Shown: positions 24,867 to 32,965, numbered from the stretch's first letter. The stretch is DNA of 33,556 bases from Candidatus Portnoybacteria bacterium RBG_19FT_COMBO_36_7 (GCA_001819495.1 MHMW01000030.1:1-33556); one strand, 5' to 3'. Notes: generated by a model not told the origin, from the letters alone. Program-made: numbers and translations.

Positions 24867-26192
24867 TTGTCTCGAAAAAAAACAAAAATTTTGCAGGCGC
24901 CGCGCGGCACCTATGATATTCTCCCGGAAGATCAGATTTATTGGGAGAAAGTTAGGCGCGTGGTCAGAGAGCTGGCAGATGATTATGGTTTTGCCAGAAT
25001 TGATACGCCCATCATTGAAGATACGGAATTGTTCATAAAAGGAACAGGCCAGACCACAGATATCGTTCAGAAACAGATGTATAGCTTCAGGACTCTGGGA
25101 AACGACAGCTTGACACTGCGGCCAGAAGGAACGCCGGGCGTCATCCGTTCATATATACAGAGCGGCATGATTAATGCGCCTCATCCGGTCAAGCTTTATT
25201 ATTTCGGGCCGATGTTCCGCTATGAACATCCTCAAGCCGGCCGATACAGGCAATTCTATCAGTTCGGTTTTGAGACTATCGGCGGTCAGGAGCCGGTGCT
25301 TGACGTACAGCTTATCCAGCTTTTTTCGCATATTCTAAATGACCTCGGCCTTAAAAAAATAAATGTCCAGGTAAATAGTCTCGGGTGCCCTGAATGCCGG
25401 CCGGGCTTCAGGAGAGGGCTGGTTGATTATTATCGGAGCAGAAAAAACAGGATTTGTCCGGACTGCCAGAAAAGAATAAAAATAAATCCCCTGCGCTTGC
25501 TTGACTGCAAAGAAGAAAAATGCCAGCCGATAAAAACCGATGCTCCTCTTCCGCTTGATTATCTGTGTCATGGCTGCCATAATCATTTTAAAAGTGTTCT
25601 GGAATTCCTTGATGAATTGGATATTCCGTATTTTTTAAACCATCAGCTGGTGCGAGGTCTTGATTATTATACCAAAACCGTTTTTGAGGTCTGGCCGGAA
25701 TCTGACTCTGTCCAGTCGCCAGAAAAGGAAGAAGCGCAGGAAATCAAAGAGCCGATATCTTTGGGCGGCGGCGGCCGCTATGACAATCTTGTAAAAATGC
25801 TGGGCGGCAAGGTGACGCCTTCGGCCGGATTTGCGGCTGGAATTGAGCGCATTATTTATTTAATGAAAGAACAGGGAGTAAAGCTGCCTTCAAAGAGCAA
25901 TGCCAAAGTTTTTCTTGTTCAGTTGGGGGAATTAGGACAGCGCAAAAGCATGAAACTTTTTGAAGAGCTTCATAAAGCCGAAATCAAGGTGGCCGAATCA
26001 TTGAGCAAGCCGAGCATTAAATCTCAGCTTAGAATTGCCGACAAGCTAGGCGTTAAATTTTCACTGATTCTCGGCCAGCAGGAAGCGCTGGATAGCTCGG
26101 TCATTATCCGCGACATGCAGTCGGGAGTCCAGGAAACCGTGCCCAAAGAGAAGGTTGTCAATGAACTGAAAAAAAGACTGGCAAAAAAGTAA
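24867..26192 (+). CDS. hisS: Histidyl-tRNA synthetase
   Basis: PRGTYD, LRPEGT, GRYRQFYQ, LVRGLDYY, GGGRYD and GFAAGIERI motifs. Confidence 0.99.
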   Translation: MSRKKTKILQAPRGTYDILPEDQIYWEKVRRVVRELADDYGFARIDTPIIEDTELFIKGTGQTTDIVQKQMYSFRTLGNDSLTLRPEGTPGVIRSYIQSGMINAPHPVKLYYFGPMFRYEHPQAGRYRQFYQFGFETIGGQEPVLDVQLIQLFSHILNDLGLKKINVQVNSLGCPECRPGFRRGLVDYYRSRKNRICPDCQKRIKINPLRLLDCKEEKCQPIKTDAPLPLDYLCHGCHNHFKSVLEFLDELDIPYFLNHQLVRGLDYYTKTVFEVWPESDSVQSPEKEEAQEIKEPISLGGGGRYDNLVKMLGGKVTPSAGFAAGIERIIYLMKEQGVKLPSKSNAKVFLVQLGELGQRKSMKLFEELHKAEIKVAESLSKPSIKSQLRIADKLGVKFSLILGQQEALDSSVIIRDMQSGVQETVPKEKVVNELKKRLAKK

Positions 26193-26201
26193 ATACGTCT
26201 C

Positions 26202-26356
26202 GGTAATCGCCTCAGAAAACCGCAGTCGGCCCTAACATTATAGAATTAAGTAATTACTCGGCCGCTGCTCAGCGCTCGCCGCGCAAAAAAAATATCAGTC
26301 AAAAAACAATAAGTTATTCTGGGCGCGGCTGCGCGATGTTTTCTTCGGCGACCACC
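26202..26356. other. Long-stem structured intergenic element
   Basis: TCGCC/GGCGA, AGAAAAC/GTTTTCT, CGCAGTCG/CGGCTGCG and GCCC/GGGC nested pairings. Confidence 0.65.
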
Positions 26357-26378
26357 TCGCCTCGAAAGAAAAAAATAC

Positions 26379-26729
26379 ATGGATTGCATTTTTTGCAAAA
26401 TAGTAAAAAAAGAAATTCCGGCAAAGATTCTTTTTGAAGATGAATTAGTGGTAGCGTTTCCCGATATTCATCCTTTTGCACCCGTCCATATTTTGATTAT
26501 TCCCAAAGAGCACATTGAGACGATCGCGGATCTCCAGGACAAACACGAAAAATTGACGGGCCGGCTGGTGATGACCGCCAAAAAATTGGCCGATAAAGCC
26601 GGTATCAGCCAAAATGGCTACAAATTACTTTTTCGCGTAAAAAAGCACGGCGGTCAGGAAGTGCCGCATATTCATTTGCATTTGATAGGAGGGGCAAAGC
26701 TGAGCGAAAATATAAGACCGATTAAATAA
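26379..26729 (+). CDS. Histidine-triad (HIT) nucleotide-binding protein
   Basis: DCIFCKI, DIHP.AP.H.LIIPK and GQEVPHIHLH motifs. Confidence 0.96.
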   Translation: MDCIFCKIVKKEIPAKILFEDELVVAFPDIHPFAPVHILIIPKEHIETIADLQDKHEKLTGRLVMTAKKLADKAGISQNGYKLLFRVKKHGGQEVPHIHLHLIGGAKLSENIRPIK

Positions 26730-26815
26730 TTTTTAATTTTTAATTTTATAAATAATTTATTAATTTCTTAATTTTTAAACGTTTAAAAATTAAGAAATTT
26801 GAAATTAAAAATTCG
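26730..26815. repeat. AT-rich heptamer element containing a perfect 38-bp palindrome
   Basis: AATTTCTTAATTTTTAAAC-GTTTAAAAATTAAGAAATT at 26762-26799. Confidence 0.8.
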
Positions 26816-26834
26816 CGAAAGGAGGTTGATTTAG

Positions 26835-27098
26835 TTGGCTATTGAAGTAAGAAAAAAAGATAAAGAATCAACAGGGTCGCTTTTGCGACGTTTCAGCCGC
26901 CGTGTTCAGCAGAGCGGTGTTTTGCTGCGCGCCAGACGCGTCAGGTTTTTTCAAAAAGAAAAGACAAAGCGCCAGGTAAAAGCAAGCGCCCTTCGGCGCC
27001 AGGAGCTTCGCAAACAGAGAGTGCATCTTTTGAAGCTGGGACTTATTGAAGAAGGAGAAATGATACCAAAAGATAAAATAAAACTTAAAAAGCGCTAA
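26835..27098 (+). CDS. rpsU: 30S ribosomal protein bS21 with C-terminal extension
   Basis: IEV.K...ES..SLLRRF...V..SG.L..AR...FF.K pattern; TTG start with AAAGGAGGT SD at 26818-26826. Confidence 0.9.
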   Translation: MAIEVRKKDKESTGSLLRRFSRRVQQSGVLLRARRVRFFQKEKTKRQVKASALRRQELRKQRVHLLKLGLIEEGEMIPKDKIKLKKR

Positions 27099-27151
27099 TT
27101 GTTTTGTCCAAAATTTGGAGCCGCAGGCGAACAAATTTGGATATAATTGGC

Positions 27152-27643
27152 ATGGGTTTAAAAGAAAAAATAGATCAGGATTTCAAAGAAGCCTTTAAAG
27201 GGAGGAACGAATCGCAGCTTTCAGTTCTGCGGATGCTTTTGGCTGCCTTAAAAAATAAAGAAGTTGAAAAAAGAACGAAATTAAGCAAAAGCGAGCCGAT
27301 TGAAAAACTTGAAGAATTGAGCCGTTTGAGCGAAGAAGAAGTCATTGAAGTTCTGTCCTCTGAGATCAAAAAACGCAGAGAGGCCTCGGACCAATACAAA
27401 AAAGGAGATAGGATGGAACTGGCCGAGAAAGAGGAGGGCGAGATAAAAATCCTGGCGGTGTATATGCCAGAGCAGATGAGCGAAGAAAAAGTGGCACAAT
27501 TGGTCAGTGAAACAATAAAAGAAACTGGCGCCAGCTCCCCCAAGGATATGGGCCGTTTAATGGGGGTGCTGATGCCAAAAGTCAAAGGAAAAGTGGACGG
27601 GAGCGTTGTTGGCAGGATAGTTAAGGAACAATTGGGGGGCTGA
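27152..27643 (+). CDS. yqeY: GatB/YqeY domain protein
   Basis: LRMLLAALKN.E, EIKKRREA..QYKKG.R.ELAEKE..EI..L..YMP.QMS, KDMGR.MG motifs; start trimmed to ATG at 27152. Confidence 0.93.
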   Translation: MGLKEKIDQDFKEAFKGRNESQLSVLRMLLAALKNKEVEKRTKLSKSEPIEKLEELSRLSEEEVIEVLSSEIKKRREASDQYKKGDRMELAEKEEGEIKILAVYMPEQMSEEKVAQLVSETIKETGASSPKDMGRLMGVLMPKVKGKVDGSVVGRIVKEQLGG

Positions 27644-27644
27644 A

Positions 27645-27740
27645 AATTATAAATTTCAAATCAAGCTTAAAATCCCTGCCTGCCGGCAGGCAGGCAAAAT
27701 CCAAAACGTTTTTGACATTTGAGCTTTGATATTTGGATTC
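27645..27740. repeat. Heptamer-arm element with nested 20-bp perfect palindrome
   Basis: CCTGCCTGCCGGCAGGCAGG at 27675-27694, central AAAACGTTTT, right arm TTGACAT TTGAGCT TTGATAT TTGGATT. Confidence 0.75.
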
Positions 27741-28151
27741 ATGTTACAGATTACTAATTTAGCAGGAAACAAAATTAATCGGAGATTATTTAGTAAAGTT
27801 CTTGAAAAAACCTTAAAAATAGTTGATGGATCTGTATTGGGTGAAATTAGTCTGGTTTTTGTCGCTGAAGAAAAGATAAAAGAGATAAATTATCAGTATC
27901 GGCGCAAGAATGAAGTCACCGACGGCCTAAGCTTTGAGGGGCTGAACGAAATTTTTATCTGTCCGTCTTTTATCAAAAAACAGGCTAAAAGCTTAAATAC
28001 GCCGTTTGGCAGTGAATTGATGAGAGTCCTGATTCATGGTATATTGCACTTAAAAGGGTTTGACCACGAAAAAAGCGGGAAAGAAGCGGATAAGATGAGA
28101 AAACTGGAAGAAAAAATATTGCAAAATATAAATGAAGGAGCCAAAAGATAA
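27741..28151 (+). CDS. ybeY: Endoribonuclease YbeY
   Basis: N.QYR.K...TD.LSF and HGILHLKGFDH metal motif; ATG at 27741. Confidence 0.93.
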   Translation: MLQITNLAGNKINRRLFSKVLEKTLKIVDGSVLGEISLVFVAEEKIKEINYQYRRKNEVTDGLSFEGLNEIFICPSFIKKQAKSLNTPFGSELMRVLIHGILHLKGFDHEKSGKEADKMRKLEEKILQNINEGAKR

Positions 28152-28236
28152 AAAATTTTCGTGCCCCATCTGCACAATGGTCTTTATTTTAGCGCTCGCA
28201 ACAGCGGCGGCAGCTGTCGCCGTGATTTTGTGGTAA
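28132..28236 (+). CDS. Putative 34-aa membrane peptide with CxxC (not in the ORF track)
   Basis: Manual translation MKEPKDKKFSCPICTMVFILALATAAAAVAVILW*; overlaps the ybeY end and fills the gap before ftsA. Confidence 0.5.
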   Translation: MKEPKDKKFSCPICTMVFILALATAAAAVAVILW

Positions 28237-28289
28237 GATTTTGCGATTTATAATTTTTTATTTTGATTTTTGCATTTTGAACTAATATT

Positions 28290-29537
28290 ATGCCCAGACA
28301 AAGAATCATTATCGGAATAGACGTTGGCTCCTCCAATATCAGAGTGGCGGTGGCCGAACAGGGAAAGGAGCAGGGAATGCCTTTTCAGATTTTGGGAGTC
28401 GGCCAAACGCGAGCTTTGGGCATGCGCAAGGGCGTGGTGGTTGATCTTGAAGAGACAGCTAAGAATATCAAAGAAGCGGTGGCGGCAGCCGAGCGCACCA
28501 GCGGAATTAAGATTGAAAGCGCCACGGTTTCCCTTGGCGGAGACCATTTAGGTTGCCGTTCCAGCCGCGGCGTTATTGCGGTTTCCCGGGCTGACGGCGA
28601 AATATCAGCAGAAGACATGGACAGAGCTGTCCGGGCGGCTTCGGCTATCTCTCTTGGAGCGAACAGAGAAATGATCCAGATCGTTCCCAAGCAGTTTTGC
28701 GTTGACAGCCAGCAGTCGGTCAAAGATCCGGTGGGTATGAAAGGAGTGAGACTGGAAGTTGATGTTTTAATACTTGAGGGCGCCACACCTTTTATAAAAA
28801 ATCTGGTGAAGGCGGTGGGTGAAGCGGAAATTGACATTGAAGGCCTGGTGCCTTCTTCTTTGGCCGCGGCCAAAGCCGTTTTGGACAGAAGACAGAAAGA
28901 ATTAGGATCTCTGGTGCTGGACATGGGCAGCGGCACGACCGGTTTTTGTGTTTTTGAAGAAGGAGAGATAGTTGACAGCTGTATTCTGCCGGTTGGTTCG
29001 GGCCATATTACAAATGATCTGGCTATTGGTCTGCGCATTCCCATTGATGTGGCAGAAAAAATAAAATTGGAGTATGGATCGGTTCTGCCAGACGAGATCA
29101 ATAAAAAAGAAATGATCAATTTGGAAAAACTGGGCGGTGACGATGGCGAGGTTTCCAGGCAAAAAGTGGCCGAGATCATCGAGGCCAGGGTAGCTGAAAT
29201 ATTTGATTTGGCGCATAAAAGACTGAAACAGATAGATCGGGCGGGTCTTCTGCCTTCGGGCGTCGTGCTCGTTGGGGGCGGCGCCAAACTGCCGGGGCTG
29301 GTTGATTTGGCAAAACAAAAATTGAGACTGCCTTCTCAGATCGGTTTCCCGATAGATTTTGAAGGCGTGATAGAGCAGGTGGATGATCCCTGTTTTGCTA
29401 CGGTGCTGGGTCTGATTATTTGCGCCGGCGAGCAGAACGAAGAATTAAGAAGCCGGGTTTCAAACACATTTATTTTTTCTTCATTGGCGCCGGCAGTAAA
29501 TAAATTTAAGAACTGGTTTAAATCTTTTTTGCCTTAA
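28290..29537 (+). CDS. ftsA: Cell division protein FtsA
   Basis: IGIDVGSS, GMRKGVVVD, DPVGM.G.RLE, LDMGSGTT, GSGHITNDLA, LVGGGAKL and ATVLGL motifs. Confidence 0.98.
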   Translation: MPRQRIIIGIDVGSSNIRVAVAEQGKEQGMPFQILGVGQTRALGMRKGVVVDLEETAKNIKEAVAAAERTSGIKIESATVSLGGDHLGCRSSRGVIAVSRADGEISAEDMDRAVRAASAISLGANREMIQIVPKQFCVDSQQSVKDPVGMKGVRLEVDVLILEGATPFIKNLVKAVGEAEIDIEGLVPSSLAAAKAVLDRRQKELGSLVLDMGSGTTGFCVFEEGEIVDSCILPVGSGHITNDLAIGLRIPIDVAEKIKLEYGSVLPDEINKKEMINLEKLGGDDGEVSRQKVAEIIEARVAEIFDLAHKRLKQIDRAGLLPSGVVLVGGGAKLPGLVDLAKQKLRLPSQIGFPIDFEGVIEQVDDPCFATVLGLIICAGEQNEELRSRVSNTFIFSSLAPAVNKFKNWFKSFLP

Positions 29538-29555
29538 TTTTTTATTTCGGGGCTT

Positions 29556-29686
29556 GCCCCCCACCTAATCTGGATTTTAAGAGAGAATTTTTATAATACG
29601 AGTAGTTGTTTTATCAAATATATATTTCCTTTCTGTATAAATTTTTATTTTAAGCCTTCGGCTCTATCCAGTTTAGGTGTGGGGGC
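29556..29686. repeat. Element bounded by about 20-bp imperfect inverted repeats
   Basis: GCCCCCCACCTAATCTGGAT ... ATCCAGTTTAGGTGTGGGGGC with an internal AGCCTTCGGCT mini-hairpin. Confidence 0.7.
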
Positions 29687-29771
29687 TTGACAAACATACT
29701 GGCTTTGCCATATTCTTAAATATTGATACCAGATTTTATTTTTTATCTTTAATGGTTTATAAACCGTCACC

Positions 29772-30890
29772 ATGGCGCAAATAAAACCGGAAATTGAGAC
29801 GTTTGCCAAAATTAAAGTGGTGGGCGTCGGAGGCGGAGGGAATAATGCAGTTTCTCGCATGGCAGACTGCAAAATTCAGGGCGTGGAATTGATAGGAATC
29901 AACGCCGATGCCCAAGATCTGCATTCGTGCCTGGCAACGCAGAAGGTTCTTATCGGAAAGAATCTGACCAAGGGTTTGGGAGCCGGCATGAATCCGGATA
30001 TCGGCCGCCAGGCGGCTGAAGAAAATCGCGATGAAATCCATGAAGTGATCAAAGGCGCTGATTTGGTTTTCATCACTTATGGTCTGGGCGGCGGCGTGGG
30101 GACGGGCGCGGGGCCGATTGTGGCCGAAGCGGCCAGAGACGCAGGCGCCCTGACAGTCGGTGTCGTGACAAGACCTTTTTCTTTTGAAGGAGCGCAGCGG
30201 ATGCGAATTGCCGAAGAGGGCTTAAACTGGCTGAAGGACAAAGTTGACACTTTAATTACTATTCCAAACGACAAACTTCTTTCAGTGGTTGACAGGAACA
30301 CATCGCTGCTGGACGCTTTTAAAGTGGCGGATGACGTTTTGCGCCAGGGCGTGCAGGGAATTTCAGATATTATTGTGACACCCGGTATCGTTAACGTAGA
30401 TTTCGCTGATCTGAAAGCAATTATGCAGGGTGCCGGCTCCGCTATCATGGGGATCGGCCGGGCTCAAGGCGACGACCGGGCGGCCGAAGCGGCCAGGCAG
30501 GCAATAAATTCTCCTCTGCTTGAGGTTTCAATTGAAGGAGCCAAAGGGGTGATATTTAATGTTTCGGGCGGCGATGACCTGAGCATGCTTGAAATAAATG
30601 AAGCGGCCAAAATCATAACCGAAGCAATAGACCCGCAGGCAAAAGTCATTTTTGGAGCGGTGACTGATGATAAATTAAAAAAGGGCGAAATTAAGATTAC
30701 GGTCATTGCGGCCGGATTTGGCGAGCAGGCGAGAAAAGAGGAAGCAACCGGCAAGCTGCCGCTTGAAGATAAGCTTTCCGGAAAAATAAAGAAACCGGTT
30801 TTTACCACCACTCAGGTTGCCAGCACGCAGGAAGACGAAGCAGGGGACGAATGGGATATTCCCGCCTTCATCCGCAAGAAAATGAAATAG
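29772..30890 (+). CDS. ftsZ: Cell division protein FtsZ
   Basis: IKVVGVGGGGNNAV, TKGLGAG.NP, PFSFEG..R, NVDFAD and C-terminal DIPAFIRK motifs; signature reads GGGVGTG. Confidence 0.99.
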   Translation: MAQIKPEIETFAKIKVVGVGGGGNNAVSRMADCKIQGVELIGINADAQDLHSCLATQKVLIGKNLTKGLGAGMNPDIGRQAAEENRDEIHEVIKGADLVFITYGLGGGVGTGAGPIVAEAARDAGALTVGVVTRPFSFEGAQRMRIAEEGLNWLKDKVDTLITIPNDKLLSVVDRNTSLLDAFKVADDVLRQGVQGISDIIVTPGIVNVDFADLKAIMQGAGSAIMGIGRAQGDDRAAEAARQAINSPLLEVSIEGAKGVIFNVSGGDDLSMLEINEAAKIITEAIDPQAKVIFGAVTDDKLKKGEIKITVIAAGFGEQARKEEATGKLPLEDKLSGKIKKPVFTTTQVASTQEDEAGDEWDIPAFIRKKMK

Positions 30891-31034
30891 TGGCGCAAGA
30901 GAGTTTGATTTCGGTCGCACGTCGCCAAAGGCTATGGCCGACGGCACGCGGGCAAGCCCGCCTTCATTTGAAAAAATGAAGTGATCTGTTTTAAAATAAA
31001 TCACCGCATCTGTGAAAATAAGCTTGGAAAAGAG

Positions 31035-31053
31035 AAGCCCTAAAGGGCTTTTT
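31035..31053 (+). terminator. Intrinsic terminator
   Basis: AAGCCC-TAAA-GGGCTTTTT downstream of ftsZ. Confidence 0.7.
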
Positions 31054-31142
31054 CGGTTTCCGGTGTTATCGATTTTTATTATTCCTCAATTTATACACAG
31101 AAAATCTTTTTGACGTAATTTTTTCTTTGTTAAAATAAAGCA

Positions 31143-31236
31143 GTCTAATAAACCACCTCAGGAGGGGAGAGGAAGCATTAGTGAAGGAAAATCCAGATGA
31201 ACATTCAGGATCGGTTAAGGGGGTGGTTTTTTTATT
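31143..31236 (+). ncRNA. Candidate small RNA with GGA-rich loop
   Basis: TG-n-TAAAAT promoter (31128-31136), 10-bp end-pairing stem AAACCACCTC/GGGGTGGTTT, T tract, and five GGA in the 60-nt loop. Confidence 0.4.
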
Positions 31237-31294
31237 TGTTTTTTATCAGCAATTTGTCGCAGCAGGCCATAATCAGCGTCCAACAGCCAAACCA

Positions 31295-31323
31295 TTGACA
31301 TTTTTATCAAAATGAATTATAAT
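31295..31323 (+). promoter_or_regulatory. Consensus sigma70 promoter for the GT2 locus
   Basis: TTGACA-17-TATAAT. Confidence 0.8.
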
Positions 31324-31385
31324 GTAAAATTCAATTTTCGATATAAATAAGACGCGTAAATTAAAGCTATTTTAAGGCAAAACCA

Positions 31386-32414
31386 ATGAAAATTTCTATT
31401 TTAATTCCTTGCCACAATGAGGAAAAATCAATTGAAAAATGCGTTGAGTCATGCTTGGCGCAGACCCGCAAACCAGACCAAATTCTGGTTGTTAACGATG
31501 GCAGCACGGATAATACGGCAAAGATCCTTGAAAGTTTTGGAGACAAAATTGAAGTGGTTGCTATTGAGCATGCCACAGGCAATAAAAGTTACGCTCAAGA
31601 AAGAGGCCTGCAATACATTACCGGCGATATTTTTGTCGCTACGGACGGAGACACTTTTTTGGACAGAGAATTCGTTCGTCTGATCGAGCAGGATTTTGAA
31701 CAAAATCCGAGGCTGGCGGCGGTTGGCGGCTATGTCAGAAGTCTGAAATATAACTGGCTGACGGCTTGCCGGGAAATTGATTATACTTTCGGACAGGATT
31801 TGAACAAATCGGCCCAGGCCAATCTGAGCTTTCTTTTCGTCATTCCCGGCTGCGCCGGAGCTTTTCGCACCGACATCTTCAGAAAATACATCAAATTTGA
31901 CCACGACACCCTGACCGAAGACCTGGATTTTACCTACAAGCTGCATCTGAATTATTTTAAGATTAAATATGACAAGAAAGCTATCTGTTATACCCAGGAC
32001 CCTTTCACTTTGAAAGCATATATCAATCAGATGAGGAGATGGTACGGCGGCGGCTGGCAGAACTTAATGAAAAATTTCTGGGTCATCAGGCGGCCGGCCA
32101 ATGCTCTTGAGCTTTCTTTAATGTATATTGAGGGCATCGTTTTTTCTGCATGCCTTTTTCTGCTGCCTCTGATCAATATTATATATTTTGGATATTTTAT
32201 CAGCGGATATCTGGCCTTTGCCGTTGTGTTGGGCGTTTATAGCTCTATCAGAAAGAAAAGGGCTGATCTTTTTTTCTATTCGCCGCTTTACCTTGTCATG
32301 ATTTTCATCAATGCCTGGATATTCCTTGAGCAATTGGTTAAAGAGGTCATCTTGGGCCGGAAGAACCTCAATTGGTTCAAGCCCGAAAGGTTCAGTAATG
32401 ATACAGCGATTTAA
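31386..32414 (+). CDS. Processive family-2 glycosyltransferase (PgaC/IcaA/cellulose-synthase-like)
   Basis: PCHNEE, NDGSTD, TDGD, TED and QMRRW motifs plus C-terminal TM helices. Confidence 0.93.
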   Translation: MKISILIPCHNEEKSIEKCVESCLAQTRKPDQILVVNDGSTDNTAKILESFGDKIEVVAIEHATGNKSYAQERGLQYITGDIFVATDGDTFLDREFVRLIEQDFEQNPRLAAVGGYVRSLKYNWLTACREIDYTFGQDLNKSAQANLSFLFVIPGCAGAFRTDIFRKYIKFDHDTLTEDLDFTYKLHLNYFKIKYDKKAICYTQDPFTLKAYINQMRRWYGGGWQNLMKNFWVIRRPANALELSLMYIEGIVFSACLFLLPLINIIYFGYFISGYLAFAVVLGVYSSIRKKRADLFFYSPLYLVMIFINAWIFLEQLVKEVILGRKNLNWFKPERFSNDTAI

Positions 32415-32437
32415 TTTTTAAACCATAAATAAATTTT

Positions 32438-32905
32438 ATGTTTCCAAACGGACTTTCAGTATTAACACATATAGCAATTCTGCTCCTGGGACTCTCCAAG
32501 GGGCTTGTTGAAGCTGTCGCCAAAAAAATGAAATGGGACTTATTTAATTTTAAATTCAACCTGTATCTTGGATGGAAAATTTTTAACCCCCTGACATCGG
32601 AAGCGGGCGATACGGCAGCCAGAAGGGTTTTTTCCTATTTTATAATACTGGCGGTTTTTGCAATGATTATTTCAATGACGAGTGTTTCAGTCAAGGCGGC
32701 TTGGGAGAAAAGTTCAAACATTGAGCTGGTCAGGGAAGCATTGACAAGCGGATACGCTCAGGCCAAGGAACGGATAGACTTCTTTTTAATAAAAGAATCC
32801 GCTTCTTCTGGGATAGTTTTGGAACAAACAGAGCCGGGCCAGAGATATGTTTTTATGCTTCCTTTATCCGAAGACATCAGCAGCGGCAATCAAACAAATC
32901 AATAA
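32438..32905 (+). CDS. Hypothetical membrane protein
   Basis: ORF downstream of the GT2 gene with two hydrophobic segments. Confidence 0.65.
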   Translation: MFPNGLSVLTHIAILLLGLSKGLVEAVAKKMKWDLFNFKFNLYLGWKIFNPLTSEAGDTAARRVFSYFIILAVFAMIISMTSVSVKAAWEKSSNIELVREALTSGYAQAKERIDFFLIKESASSGIVLEQTEPGQRYVFMLPLSEDISSGNQTNQ

Positions 32906-32965
32906 AATTATTAAAATAAATATTAAATTAAAATCATTAACTAATTAAAGGAGGAAGAAAAAAAT

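Noticed and set aside
26730-26815. CRISPR array or replication origin call for the AT-rich repeats
   Set aside because: No constant repeat with unique spacers, no cas genes and no clustered DnaA boxes seen.
31160-31215. Glycine riboswitch (GGAGAG...GAAGG...TCAGG resemblance)
   Set aside because: The P2/P3 pairings and the CUCUCAGG core are not reproduced, and no glycine-related gene follows.
31335-31400. c-di-GMP-I riboswitch upstream of the GT2 gene
   Set aside because: GGCAAA-like and GACGC-like words are present but in the wrong order and without the paired stems.
39-32333. Most short overlapping ORFs in the six-frame track (e.g. 647..892, 5996..6469, 13964..14488, 28385..29287, 31449..31946)
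   Set aside because: They are antisense or off-frame shadows of well-supported genes, with no recognisable motifs or initiation signals.
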